The notes below the pieces were generated by a model, which did no database searches, was not told where the DNA came from, and worked only from the letters and a program-made list of their open reading frames with translations. A stretch of DNA of 23,644 nucleotides from Chiloscyllium plagiosum (lineage: Eukaryota): assembly GCF_004010195.1 (NCBI RefSeq), contig NC_057711.1, positions 82,579,590 to 82,603,233 on the forward strand, in the 5' to 3' direction. The position numbers and the translations under genes are program-made. Below are positions 11,201 through 21,474 of this stretch, one piece after another (the first letter of the stretch is position 1; each line of letters starts with the position of its first letter).

Positions 11201-11426
11201 GACAGATATCAGAGATAAGATCTTTACTCAGAGTAGTAAGGGCATGGAATGTCCTGCTGCAAAAGTCGTGGACTCGCCATCATTAAGGGCATTTAAATGG
11301 TTATTGGATGAACATATATTGATGTTATTGGAATAATGTAGGTTGGATGGGCTTTCGATTGTTTCACAGGTCGGCACAACACCGAGAGCAAAGAGCCTGT
11401 ACTGCGCTGTAATGTTCTATGTTCTA
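8232..11426 (+). mobile_element. CR1 LINE ORF2 relic (APE C-terminus to 3' UTR), interrupted at 10007-10904
   Basis: LEVGEHFGDNDHNSVTF (APE SDH motif), EPWLTKEV, VPEDWRIANVVPLFKK, SQHGFVKDRSCLTNLIEFF, FSKVFDKVPH, RRLRGDLIE. Tail atgttctatgttcta. Many frameshifts. Confidence 0.95.
10007..10904 (-). mobile_element. Younger 5'-truncated HER1 LINE nested antisense in the CR1
   Basis: Open RT frame ADDTKIGGAVDSEEG...RTRGHRFRV; tail reads catagtcatagag on the + strand; host LINE resumes at 10905. Confidence 0.95.
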
Positions 11427-12626
11427 ATTGGACACTGTCAGTTGGCTGTTTAGTGTGATCAGGGTCAGGGGACTCCTAAACTACATTCTCAAAAATAGGA
11501 CATAGTCAGTCCTGCAAGTTCAGTGCAACCTGTTAGTGGTTTGCTCATGCAACAGATGAGACAACCTGTCAGAGTTGGTCAGTGGGTTGGGCCATAGATA
11601 GTCCTGAGAGTCAGCTAAATGAAACTCAAGGGGAATTGAAGTTGGGGAATTCTATTGTGGGTATTGAATGCTGGAATGCAGGGGACAGTAGAATTGTTAA
11701 GGGGGAAAGTCAACATGTAAGGGGGAGAGATGATAGTGCATTGGATTACTGTGGGGTGAAAGGACACAACTACCCTCGCTTCAGTGGAGGGCAGTGCGGC
11801 ACAATAGTTGTCATGATTAAGTTGTAGGGCAAAAGCTCAGGAGGCAATACTGAGTGACTAAGCTGTAATTCAAAGAGGTGTGTGGGAGTGTTTGGAAGCT
11901 CAACACTAATGGAGTCAAGACGGACTGCCAAAGAAAAAGAATGGAGGTTTATTTGGATGACCTGTGTTGCCTTCCATGTTCATGTGAATTGTAAATACCA
12001 ATGGAAATGGAAAATGACTGTGGCCACATTGGGAGTGGATGGAATTTGTGTTTTGCTTTTGATCAGAGCATGTGGGATGTACTTGTGAATGATGTAAGGT
12101 TCTTCAAGGGCAGGGGGGCATGATGGCACTTACATTAATGAGGCACTTTCACTGTACATGTTGCTAATCCTGCAATGTGAATGCTTGCAGTGTGCAACTG
12201 TGGGATACAGTTCCAGGTCACAAGCAATTTTGGCCATGTCATTGGTCATTACATATTGAAGGTAGTTATCTTTGTGAAGCAAAAATAATCTCAGGCAATC
12301 TTTGAAAGTGTCACCTGTGGGCCACTATTCACAAAGATAATGCAAGATCTCAGGCTGCACAAGGGCAGGGAACTGATTTCCTCTCCCCTTGAACTACAAG
12401 TAATTACCATCATGAATACTGAAAGGTCCCAGCCTTAATTAGCACTTTGCTTCTCTGGCCGCATGGTTCTCAAGGAAAGGTACTCAAGGCCCTGCTTTCA
12501 AAATTAGTTGGAGAGGCAGAAGATTGTGCAGGAAAAGTCAGTCTGAGCAGCCAAAATGGACTGAGACGATGAATCTCATCGATCAAACACTTTAACTAAC
12601 TGAAAATGGAAAAATTCAGCTCAAAC

Positions 12627-12805
12627 TTCCTGGTTCACTAATGTCCCTTAGGGAATGAAACTGCCATTCTTACCTGGTCTGGCTTACATGTGACTCCAGA
12701 CCCACAGCAAGGTCATTGACTCACAACTGCCCTCTGGGCAATTAGGGATGGGCAAGGCATGCTGGCCTAGTCTATGACACCTACATCCAGTGAATAAATT
12801 AAAAA
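12627..12805 (+). mobile_element. SINE/LINE-tail type repeat (family not named), copy 1
   Basis: ctggttcactaatgtccc...ctgccattcttacctggtctgg...gggcaattagggatgggc; homologous to 20415-20630 (-) and 22931-23068 (+); A-rich end. Confidence 0.75.
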
Positions 12806-12811
12806 CTAATT

Positions 12812-14070
12812 CATTCTTCTACTTGGACCCTTCCTCTTGCCTTTTCCTTAATCTCTTCACCGACAACTGTGAACCTGATATCAGTTGTCTTAATTTCTCT
12901 GTTCCTCCCACCCATTCTGAAATGCTTCAATCTAAGTTGCTTCAATCCATTCTCTTAGGACTAACCCTGAACTTGTTATCAAATTTGCCAATTAAATGTG
13001 GTGCCATTGTCACTTGATGTGCTAACCTCTACTTGGCAGAGATGAAGTGCCAACTCTCAAACTCTTCCATCTTATCCTGGATCAAGGCCCCACCATTGAA
13101 CATGGTGTTGTTTCCAGAACTGTGCCTGACCCCTCATTACCTCTGGAGATCTCCCTCCTACAGTTTCCCATCCCATAGTGTCCCTGCACAGCCTGCTTCT
13201 ATTTCCTTATCAAAAGCCATCAGGCATTGTTACGGACTTTTTCTACTCCCTTAACTTGTTTCTTCCTACCTGGACTCAATATTCTCCCAACTTGTTCAGT
13301 CTCTTCGCACTTATGTATGAGATTCTTCTGATGCTTTACCTTGGTTTCAGTTTCCTGGCCCAAGCCACCTTGACTTCACGATTGATGTGCAAGCCCGCTA
13401 CACTTCCTTCCCCCATCTGAAGGTTCTTCACTTCTTCCTTGAAAAGAGACCTGAACAGTCCCTGTTCATCACCACTCTTGTTCTCCTCGCTGTGTTCATT
13501 CTAAGTTTGAACAACTTCTCCTAAGGCTCACCTCACTTTGTCCAAATCAGAGATTTAGCTATGGTTCCCACCAGTTATGCCTTTGTTTTTAGAGGGCATG
13601 TGTAATATTCCTTGTTCCTGTCCTACTTTGGTCCCCAACCACAACTCTTTCTCTGATACTTCAGTGCTGTCATCGGCACTGCTTCCCGCTCTCACCTGGA
13701 ATTAGAAAAGTTAATCAATTTTGCTTCCAATTTCCATCCTTCTCTTACTTTCACCTGGTTGTCTCTGACCATTGTTTAGATCAGAGTGGTGCTGGAAAAG
13801 CACAGCAGGGCAGGCAGCATCTAAGGAGCAGGAAAATCGACATTTCGGGCAAAAGACCTTCCTCAGGAATAGAGGCAGGAAGCCTCCAGAGTGGAGAGAT
13901 AAATGGCGGGGGGGGGGTGGTGCTGGGGAGAAAGTAGCAAAGAGTACAATAGGTGAATGGGGGTGCTTTTCCAGCATCACTCTGATCTAAACTCTGGTTT
14001 CCAGCATCTGCAGTCCTCACTTTTGCCTTGACTCTGACCATTGTCTCCATTATTTGACTTGACTGTTTCC
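12812..14070 (+). mobile_element. Old PLE RT fragment, interrupted at 13776-14031
   Basis: LFTDNCEPDISCLNFSVPPTHS; aaccctgaacttgttatcaaa...ggtgccattgtc (VIKPADKGGAVV-like); ctggaattagaaaagttaatcaattttgcttccaatttcca, homologous to 3625-3665 on the minus strand. Confidence 0.8.
13776..14031. mobile_element. Short PLE family B insertion with inverted repeats and a hammerhead motif (13836-13870, minus strand)
   Basis: Perfect 13-bp TSD ctctgaccattgt (13763-13775 / 14032-14044). Inverted repeat 13774-13803 vs 13963-13992. Reverse complement attcCTGAGGAaggtcttttgcccGAAAtgtc. Confidence 0.88.
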
Positions 14071-14079
14071 ATTTCCTTA

Positions 14080-14215
14080 CTGGTGAAAGGAGAAAGAGTC
14101 ATATCAGACTCAAACTGTAAACTCTGTTTCTCTTCACACATGCTGCAAGACTTGCTGAGTTTCTCCTGAGTTTTCTGTTTATACTTTCGATTTCCAGCAT
14201 TTGCAGTAATTTTTT
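14080..14215 (+). mobile_element. Decayed PLE terminal repeat (family A-like)
   Basis: Stem gagtc-atatca-gactc (14096-14111), then actctgtttctc...atgctgcaagacttgctgag...tttccagcatttgcagta. Confidence 0.7.
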
Positions 14216-14721
14216 TGAGTATTTCATTTCTGTGTGTTCATCTGTGGTATTGCCGACGGTAAAAAGTGAATCCTCTTTATTCTCAGTTGGCTCATGAATG
14301 CCCTAATAAGAACTTTTGGCCATTTATTTACAATTTCATTATGATGGCAAGATGGTAACATCTTTAACACCAAACCAGGATGAAGGATGAAAATTTAATA
14401 CTTGGCATATTTACTGACAGATGTCATGTGTAATAGTCAGTCAAAGGGAAAATACCACTCACAGTATTGGCTAAAAGCATGTAATACACAGGTGCTTTAC
14501 AGAAAGTATCATAATATTAGCTCTACATTTGGGACTATTTATGATTTTAAATATTTGTTTACATGATATAGATAAAAATAAGATTTTAATGAACACCTTG
14601 CACGTAATGCCTATAAATACAAGAATCTACATTTATATTTCTTGAACTACAAAGCAAGCACTTGTCAAGGAATGGAAATTCCCCTCAAAAGAGTATTCTC
14701 TTCCACAAAAGAAAATGCTAT

Positions 14722-14860
14722 TATGCAGGAAATCGGAAATGAAAACAAAAATGTTAGAAATACTCAGCAAATCCAGCAGCACCTATGAAGATAGAAGTAG
14801 TGGTCATAGCTCAGGTGAACTTTCAGCAGAGTTGGAAAAGTTAGACATGTACTAGACTTT
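14722..14860 (-). mobile_element. Very old PLE terminal repeat
   Basis: atgcaggaaatcggaaatgaaaacaaaaatgttagaaatactcagcaaatccagcagcacct resembles 825-890. Confidence 0.55.
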
Positions 14861-15269
14861 AAGCAAATATATAAACTTTCCATTCTTCTTGCCTATCCCT
14901 GTCTGTGATAGGGTGGAAGGCACTGGATATTCAGGGCTGAATTTTAACCAGTGAGATGGGGCAGATATCTGTGATTGGAAAGTTATGAAGCAAAACAAGC
15001 TGGCATGTTGGGAAGCCAACTGGAACCCGCGAGCATTCTCATTTAAGTCAGTGCACACCCATGGGGTAGACATCTGCAACAAACATCTCTTAAAAGCTAA
15101 CTACATCTTTAACCTTCAATTTTTGCTTTCAATGCCAGTGCATTGGAATGTCTGAAACTTGTTAAACAAGTCAACAGCACAACAGTTGTCAACAGACGTG
15201 AGCAATTGATAAGCTAGAAAGCCTTCACATACTGAGATATAACATTTATTTGTTTGCTTAGGTAAATGA

Positions 15270-15380
15270 TTTGAGTGAATGACTGAGTTAGCTTATTGTC
15301 ACAGGCACTCAAATAAATACAGTGAAACATTTATAAATCTCCACTTGCGGCACCATTTTAGGGACAAAGGTGCCGAGGTT
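15270..15380 (-). mobile_element. Probable retroposon 3' end (unclassified)
   Basis: Reverse complement ...tttcactgtatttatttgagtgcctgtgacaataagctaactcagtcattcactcaa resembles cactgta...gtgacaataaa non-LTR tails; recognised from memory only. Confidence 0.4.
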
Positions 15381-16433
15381 TCTGCTCAAAGTCTTGTTTT
15401 GAATGTCCTTTCACTGCGTTCTTGATTTTATGTGCTTGAATATCATGTTGACTACTGTCACTATTTTGACATTGATGTGCATTTCCCAGCTGACAGCCTT
15501 CTTAGCAACATTCAAGTCACTCATACAGTTCTACCTTCCATCTGGTGAGGTGCTGAGCCGGAGCACTAATAGCAGCAGAAACATGCCAGTCATTCTTCTG
15601 CCACTGTATGGAACTGAAGAGATTAAGAAATCTCCAGGTCGTAAGAGCCACTAAACCCAGTTCATGTGGAGGATGAACTTTCCAAACGTGACTGAGCACT
15701 GATGGCTTAGAAGATAACTTTTATACTGGGTAAACACTGATATTTGAAACCTCCTGGAACAAGGTGTCCTTCCAATTGGACCAGGTGGGCATACTTTCCA
15801 GCAATGTTGAAGCCAAGTCCAGGGAAATCACAGATCTTAACGCTATTCCAAGCCTCCCCATTTGTTTCTGACTCTAACATGGAGGCACCAAACAGAGCAA
15901 CCCCATTCTGATCTGAGAATGGTAGCTCCACATCTGACCTGTGCACAGTGGGCTTCCTTGAACTCTGGGCTCTGGTTTTTGGGCCCTGATCTATCCCTAT
16001 ATTGTGGGTCCTGGTTAACAGTCATTACAGAATTTCTTCACCTCTGGCTGCTTCCAGAATTAACCTGGTAACATTTGCAGGATCTCATTATCACCTGTGT
16101 GCCAATGCTGGTTTTATGCATAAGCTAAGCAAGCTACAGTTTAGAGCTTTACATTATAAGGGGACTATAAATATGCAAATACATACGCAAAAGATGCCTA
16201 AAGGTTTACTTAATTGGTTGAAAAATAAAGGAGACAGGGAGAAAACACGTGCTAAGTGCTGGCTGCTCTTGTTAAGATTGAGTGTCTGTCCGGTCTGCTT
16301 GCATTATTAAGAGGTGTTAGTCCTTTTGTCTTTTAAGTTAGCAAATGTCAGTAAAACATACTAGGCCTATATGTTCTGATTAAGTAAGAAATTGTACCTG
16401 TACTTAATAAAAGAATAAGGAATACTAAACTCA

Positions 16434-18265
16434 AAAGCCTTCTTCACTGTCCTGTCTACCTGTGACTCCACTTTCAGAGAACCGTGCACCTGAATTCCAA
16501 GATCCCTCTGTTCCACTACACTCCTAAGGCCTTACCATTCACCATGAAACTCTTCCCTTGATTTGACTTTCCAAAATGCAAGACCTCACACTTATCTATA
16601 TTAAACTCCATTTGCCATTTCCCAGTCCACTCCCCCAGCTGATCAAGGTCCTGTTACATTTTCTGATAACAATCCTCACTGTCTATGATACCGCCTATTT
16701 TAGTGTCTTCAGCAAACCTATTAATCATACCTTGTACATTCTCATCCAAATCATTGATATAGATAACAAACAATAATGGGCCTAGCACTGACCCCTGCAG
16801 CACTCCAGTAGTCAAAGGCCTGCAATACAACAAGCATCCTTCTACTTTTACCCTCTGCTTCCTACCATCAAGCTAGTTTTGTATCCAATTTGCCAGTTCC
16901 CCCTGGATTCCATGCAATCTAACCTTCCAGAGCAGCTTACCATGTGGAATCTAATCAAAGGCCTTACTGAAATCCATATGGACTATGTTTACCGCTCAGC
17001 TCTTGTCAACTTTCCTGGTCACTTCATCAAAGAACTCCAACAAATTTGTGAAGCATGATCTCCCATTCACAAAGCTGACTACTCCTAATCAATTCCTGTT
17101 TTTCCAAATGCATATATCTTAAGTCCAAGAATCTTCTCAAGTAACTTTTCCACTACAGATGTTAAGTTTACTGGTCTATAGTTCCTAGGCTTTTCTTTGC
17201 AGCCCTTCTTGAATAACGGCACAACATTCACTACCTTCCAGTCTTCCAGGACCTCACCTGTTGCTAACAAAGATGCAAAAATATCAGCCAGGGCCCTTGC
17301 AATTTCTTCTCTAGACTCTTGCAGTGTTCTTGAATATATCTGGTCAGGACCTGATCCACCTTCATACGTTCTAATACATCCAGCACCCCTTCTCCTATGA
17401 TATGGACTGTCCCCAAGATATCACCACTAACATCCTAAGTTCATAGGTCTTCATGTCTTTCTCCATGGTAAACACAGAGGAGCAATATTCATTGAGAACC
17501 ATGCCCATCTCCTGTGGTTCTACACATACATGTCTACTTTGGCCCTTGAGGGGCCTTATTAACTCTCTTGTTATTCTTTTTCCTTTAATATACTTAAAGT
17601 AACTCTTTGGATTCACCCTAATCTTCTCAGCCAAGGCTATCTCATCCCCCCTTTTCGCTGTCCTGATTTCCTTCTTCTTTAGTGGGCGGCACGGTGGCAC
17701 AGTGGTTAGCACTGCTGCCTCACAGCGCCAGAGACCCGGGTTCAATTCCCGCCTCAGGCGACTGACTGTGTGGAGTTTGCACGTTCTCCCCGTGTCTGCG
17801 TGGGTTTCCTCCGGGTGCTCCGGTTTCCTCCCACAGTCCAAAAGATGTGCAGGGTCAGGTGAATTGGCCATACTGAATTGCCCATAGTGTTAGGTAAGGG
17901 GTAAATGTAGGGGTATGGGTGGGTTTCGCTTCGGCGGGTCGGTGTGGACTTGTTGGGCCAAAGGGCCTGTTTCCACACTGTAATCTAATCTAATCTAATC
18001 TAATCTAATCTAATCTAAACTCCTGTATTCCCTGTATACCTCCAGGGATTCCCTTGATCCCAGCTGCCTTAACCTGAGCCTTGCTGCCTTCTTTTTTCTA
18101 GTCAAAGCCTCAATATCTCTTGTCATCTCGGGTCGGCTATTCTTGCCAAACTTGCCCTTCGCCCTCACAGGAACATATAGATCTTGAACTCTAACTATCT
18201 CACTTTTAAAGGACTCCTATTTGCCAGAGGTCCCTTTGCCTGCAAACAAACCACTCCAATCATTG
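16434..18265 (-). mobile_element. CR1 LINE ORF2 internal fragment lacking its 3' end, interrupted by an HE1 SINE
   Basis: EIALAEKIRVNPKSYFKYIKGKR, EMGMVLNEYCSSVFT, EDWKVVNVVPLFKKGCKEKPRNYRPVNLTSVV; RT motif regions at 16700-16830. Confidence 0.92.
17684..18017 (+). mobile_element. Young full-length HE1 SINE
   Basis: gggcggcacggtggcacagtggttagc (box A), ggttcaattcc (box B), CpGs retained, (TAATC)7 tail at 17981-18015. Confidence 0.96.
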
Positions 18266-18314
18266 AGCTGGGGTCTGATCTATAGACACTATTCAGAGAC
18301 GTGGCCAACTGGCA

Positions 18315-18842
18315 GAATATCTGGGACACGCGCACCAAATAACCCCACCGCCCTGCGGTCGACCACTTCAACTGCCCCTCCCACTCCGCCAAGGGAATGC
18401 AAGTCCTGGGCCTCCTCCACCATCAAATCCAACCCACCCAATGCCTGGAGGAAGAATGCTTCATCTTCTGCCTTGGGACCCTCCAATCACGTGACATCAA
18501 TGTAAATTTCACCAGTTTCCTCATCTCCCCTCTCCCCTACCAGGTCCAACCATCCAACTCGGCACCACCCTCTTGAACAGTCCTACCTGTCCATCTTCCT
18601 TCCCACCTATCCGCTCCACAGTTATCACCATCACCCGCCACCTGCATCTACCTATCACTTTACCAGCTACCTTCCCCCAGCCCCACCTCTACCCTCCTAT
18701 TTATCTCTCAGCCTCCCTCCCAAAAATACCGCCACCCCCCCACATATTCCTGATGAAGGGCTTATGCCCGAAACATTGACTCTCCTGCTCCTCGGATGCT
18801 GCCTGACCTGCTGTGACTTTCAGTGCCACACCTTTCAACACT
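18315..18842 (+). mobile_element. PLE family B 3' portion (end of the endonuclease domain, pyrimidine-rich UTR, terminal repeat)
   Basis: DHFNCPSHSAKGMQVLGLLH...LEEECFIFCLGTLQSRDINVNF, followed by the hammerhead-containing repeat. Confidence 0.88.
18746..18782 (+). ncRNA. Minimal hammerhead-ribozyme motif with a decayed stem III
   Basis: auuc-CUGAUGA-A-GGGC-UUAU-GCCC-GAAA-cauu-gac. Confidence 0.6.
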
Positions 18843-18912
18843 ATCCAGAGAGTATGGAAAGTTACATGGAAAGTTTGTATCAGAAGGTGGTCACATCCCA
18901 TAGAATAGCCAT

Positions 18913-19379
18913 TGATGTGGAAGTGCCGGCGTTGGACTAGGGTGGACAAGTTAAAAATCACAATACCAGGTTATAGTCCAACAGGTTTATTTGAAAGTAC
19001 AAGCTTTCAGAGTGCTGTTCCTTTATCAGGTAGCTTGTGGGGCAGGAGAAAGTGTGGACTGCAGATGCTGGAGATCAGAGCTTAAAAATATGTTGCTGGA
19101 AAAGCGCAGCAGGTCAGGCAGCATCGAAGGAGAAGGAGAATCGACGTTTCGGGCATAAGCCCTTCTTCAGGAATTCCTGAAGCTTGTGGGGCAGGTCATA
19201 GGACCCAGAATTTATAGTAAAAGATCAAAGGGTCATATAACTGATGTGATGTATTGAACAAACATAGATTGCTGTTAAGCACTAATCACTTAGAATGGGG
19301 TTGCAGGTTTTGATTCATTAATATGTTGTGTGATTTTTAAGTTTGTCCACCTCAGTCCAACACCGTCACCTCCAAATCA
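18913..19379. mobile_element. PLE family C terminal-repeat element with about 50-bp terminal inverted repeats and a decayed hammerhead-like motif at 18998-19032 (-)
   Basis: tgatgtggaagtgccggcgttggactagggtggacaagttaaaaatcaca vs tgtgatttttaagtttgtccacctcagtccaacaccgtcacctccaaatca. Reverse complement acCTGATaAaggaacagcactctGAAAgcttgt. Confidence 0.7.
19047..19180 (-). mobile_element. 134-bp PLE family B mini-insertion with an intact hammerhead core (19138-19173)
   Basis: Perfect 15-bp TSD agcttgtggggcagg (19032-19046 / 19181-19195); core identical to 4490-4526. Confidence 0.92.
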
Positions 19380-19380
19380 T

Positions 19381-19645
19381 AAAAATAAAGTGACACCTAT
19401 TTAAGGCAGTGATAGGAGAATTTTTTTCATGGATGCTCATGAGTTTTTGGAACTCTCATCCTCATAAGAAATGGAAACAGAAACCTTGAACTTCCTTAAA
19501 CCAGAGGTACAAGGTTACTTGATAAGCAAGGGTGTGAAGGGTTATTGAGGGCAGGCAGGAATGTGGAGTAATCAGATAGGCTATTGAATGGTGGAACAGG
19601 CTTGAGATACTGTCAGGCTTATCCTTTCCCTGAAGTAGTATGTTG
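19381..19645 (+). mobile_element. Old CR1 3' end
   Basis: atttaaggcagtgataggagaattttttt...attgaatggtggaacaggcttgag, similar to 2050-2260. Confidence 0.65.
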
Positions 19646-19662
19646 TTTGCCCACAGTCTACA

Positions 19663-20170
19663 CTGTAGTAATTTGCAACTGTCTCTTTCTGCCATTACCA
19701 TGACTGTGGCGTCAGTGCAGGCCTCCTTCCACAATACATTATTACCATTGCTCAAAGGCTTGATTTAGATTTTATGATTTTTTTAAAGTATCCTTATAAC
19801 ACGTCTTTAATGCCCAGTTCAAAACTTGTACCATACAACCAATGCGAATGAGATTATTTAATTTGAGAATGTAATCTGCAAATGTCTCTTCTGCCAACTG
19901 TTGCCTTTCATGGAAGAAAATTCTCAGTGTAATATCATTCTTAGTCATGCCATAATATAAGCCCAGGATCTCGTTCATTTCCATAGTACAAAGGTCTCTT
20001 AGCCAGCACTTGGACACCACTTCAAGGAGCATCTGGCCCCATCTTGGTGAGGAAAGCGTTTACTTTGTCCTCATTTACTGCTTTATTTGCTTTTAACCAA
20101 ATGTGTAACCTTCATTCACAATTACATTAGTCCTGTTTGTTGAGATTGGATTCTTTCATTGTCCTTTCAT
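19663..20170 (-). pseudogene. gag: Fossil Ty3/Gypsy LTR-retrotransposon gag
   Basis: Collinear frameshifted pieces: MKESNLNKQD*CNCE*RLHIWLKANKAVNEDKVNAFLTKMGPDA / ITLRIFFHERQQLAEETFADYILKLNNL / VLWKEACTDATVMVMAERDSCKL. They match the remembered gag pattern W..Y.ERL..F.AN...K...FL...G / F..R.Q...E...DY...L..L / KA...A.AME.A.KD. Confidence 0.72.
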
Positions 20171-20414
20171 AAGTCTTCAGTATCATTTTATTCAAACATG
20201 GACCATGCTGAATTTACGGGGTATGAATAATGTGTGTACATGGATAAATCTCTCAAATTGCTCAGACAACCTCAAAATTAACTTTAGGAGTTCCAAAATG
20301 TGTCACAATGGTCTTCAGGCCTTAAATATTTCAAATTGTAAAAAATAACTATAACAAGCCTCATCATTGATTTTCTGTTGTGTAGGGCACTAACCAACCT
20401 AACAATTTGAAAAA

Positions 20415-20630
20415 AATTCATAGGATTGTGGACGTTGCTAATTATTTATAAATTATTGTTATTAATTATTTTAATTAATTATTATTAATTATTTATTGCT
20501 TATCCCTAATTGTCAAGAGGGCAATCGAGAGTCAACCACATTGCTGTGGGTCTGGAATCACATATAGACCAGACCAAACAGGGATGGCAGAATTCCTTCT
20601 ACTGAACCAGATGGGTTTTTCTGACACTCA
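20415..20630 (-). mobile_element. SINE-like repeat copy 2, with an AT-rich insert
   Basis: Reverse complement of 12627-12805 (atccctaattg...agtcaaccacattgctgtgggtctgga...tgaaccag). Confidence 0.75.
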
Positions 20631-20984
20631 ACTGTAAGCAGCCATTATTGACCAACATTATTTGCATGGTCCTAACAGAGGGGAATCAGAGAGAACCATG
20701 TAACAAAATATTCAGATTTTGCCTGGCAATAAAGCAATATCCTGTTGAGTAGAAATATTTCTAAATAAGCTTTGAATTCCCCTTCTAGAACTTGATGATT
20801 GGGATTCATTGAAGCTAGGCTCAGTAGTTTCTGTTTTAAGTTGTAGGAACAAAAGAAGGAGTGGATGTAAATGTAGAAAGCTATAATTGAAATTCTGCAT
20901 GTAACATGGGTGTTGAACTGAATATTGTCTTCTGTTTTCATTGTTATTCTTTTGTAGTCAATTGATCAATTTTAAATCAATAAC

Positions 20985-21350
20985 CAGTTATTGAAAGCCT
21001 GCATGTAGGTGTAGCAAATAGTTGGGAAGGTAAATGATATGTGGTCTTCAATGCAAGTGGACTTGCGGACTGGAGTGAAGATGTCTTGCTTCAGCTGTAC
21101 TGAGCCTTGGTGAGGCCACACCTGGAATGCAGTTTTCGTCTCCTCACCTAAAAAGAAAATCAATTAGGGAGTGTAGGGTAGGTGCTCAGATTGATTCCTG
21201 GGATGGCAGATCGTTCTATGAGGAGAGATTGGGTTGATAGAGCCTGCATTAACAGGAATTTTAAGAATGAGAAGTGATCTAATTGAAATGTGTATAACTC
21301 CCTCAGGTCTGGACTGACTTGATGCAGTGTGATGGTCCCCCTCATTTGGG
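20985..21350 (+). mobile_element. Old CR1 3' fragment
   Basis: gagccttggtgaggccacacctggaatgcagtttt; gaatgagaagtgatctaattgaaa (RMRGDLIE-like). Confidence 0.7.
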
Positions 21351-21474
21351 GATGCTTTTATTTAAATATTCTTAGGGCATGGTTTTGAATTCCAACAGGA
21401 CCAGTAGTGAAATTTGAATTTAATCAAATAAAAAGCTATCCTAAAAGCAATCATGTAACAATTGTGAAGTGAAC

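Noticed and set aside
15790..15845. VKICDFPGLGFNIAG resembling a kinase DFG or PDZ GLGF motif
   Set aside because: The flanking residues continue neither domain and there are no convincing splice sites; probably coincidental
16050..16430. Octamer (atgcaaat), E-box (cacgtg) and TATA-like motifs as a promoter
   Set aside because: Short motifs are expected by chance and no associated gene is visible
17684..17760. tRNA gene
   Set aside because: The A and B boxes belong to the HE1 SINE head and run on into the SINE body and tail; the same holds for the other three copies
20672..20941. Two overlapping minus-strand ORFs as a host exon
   Set aside because: An acceptor-like aaaacag exists, but there is no strong GT donor and neither peptide is recognisable
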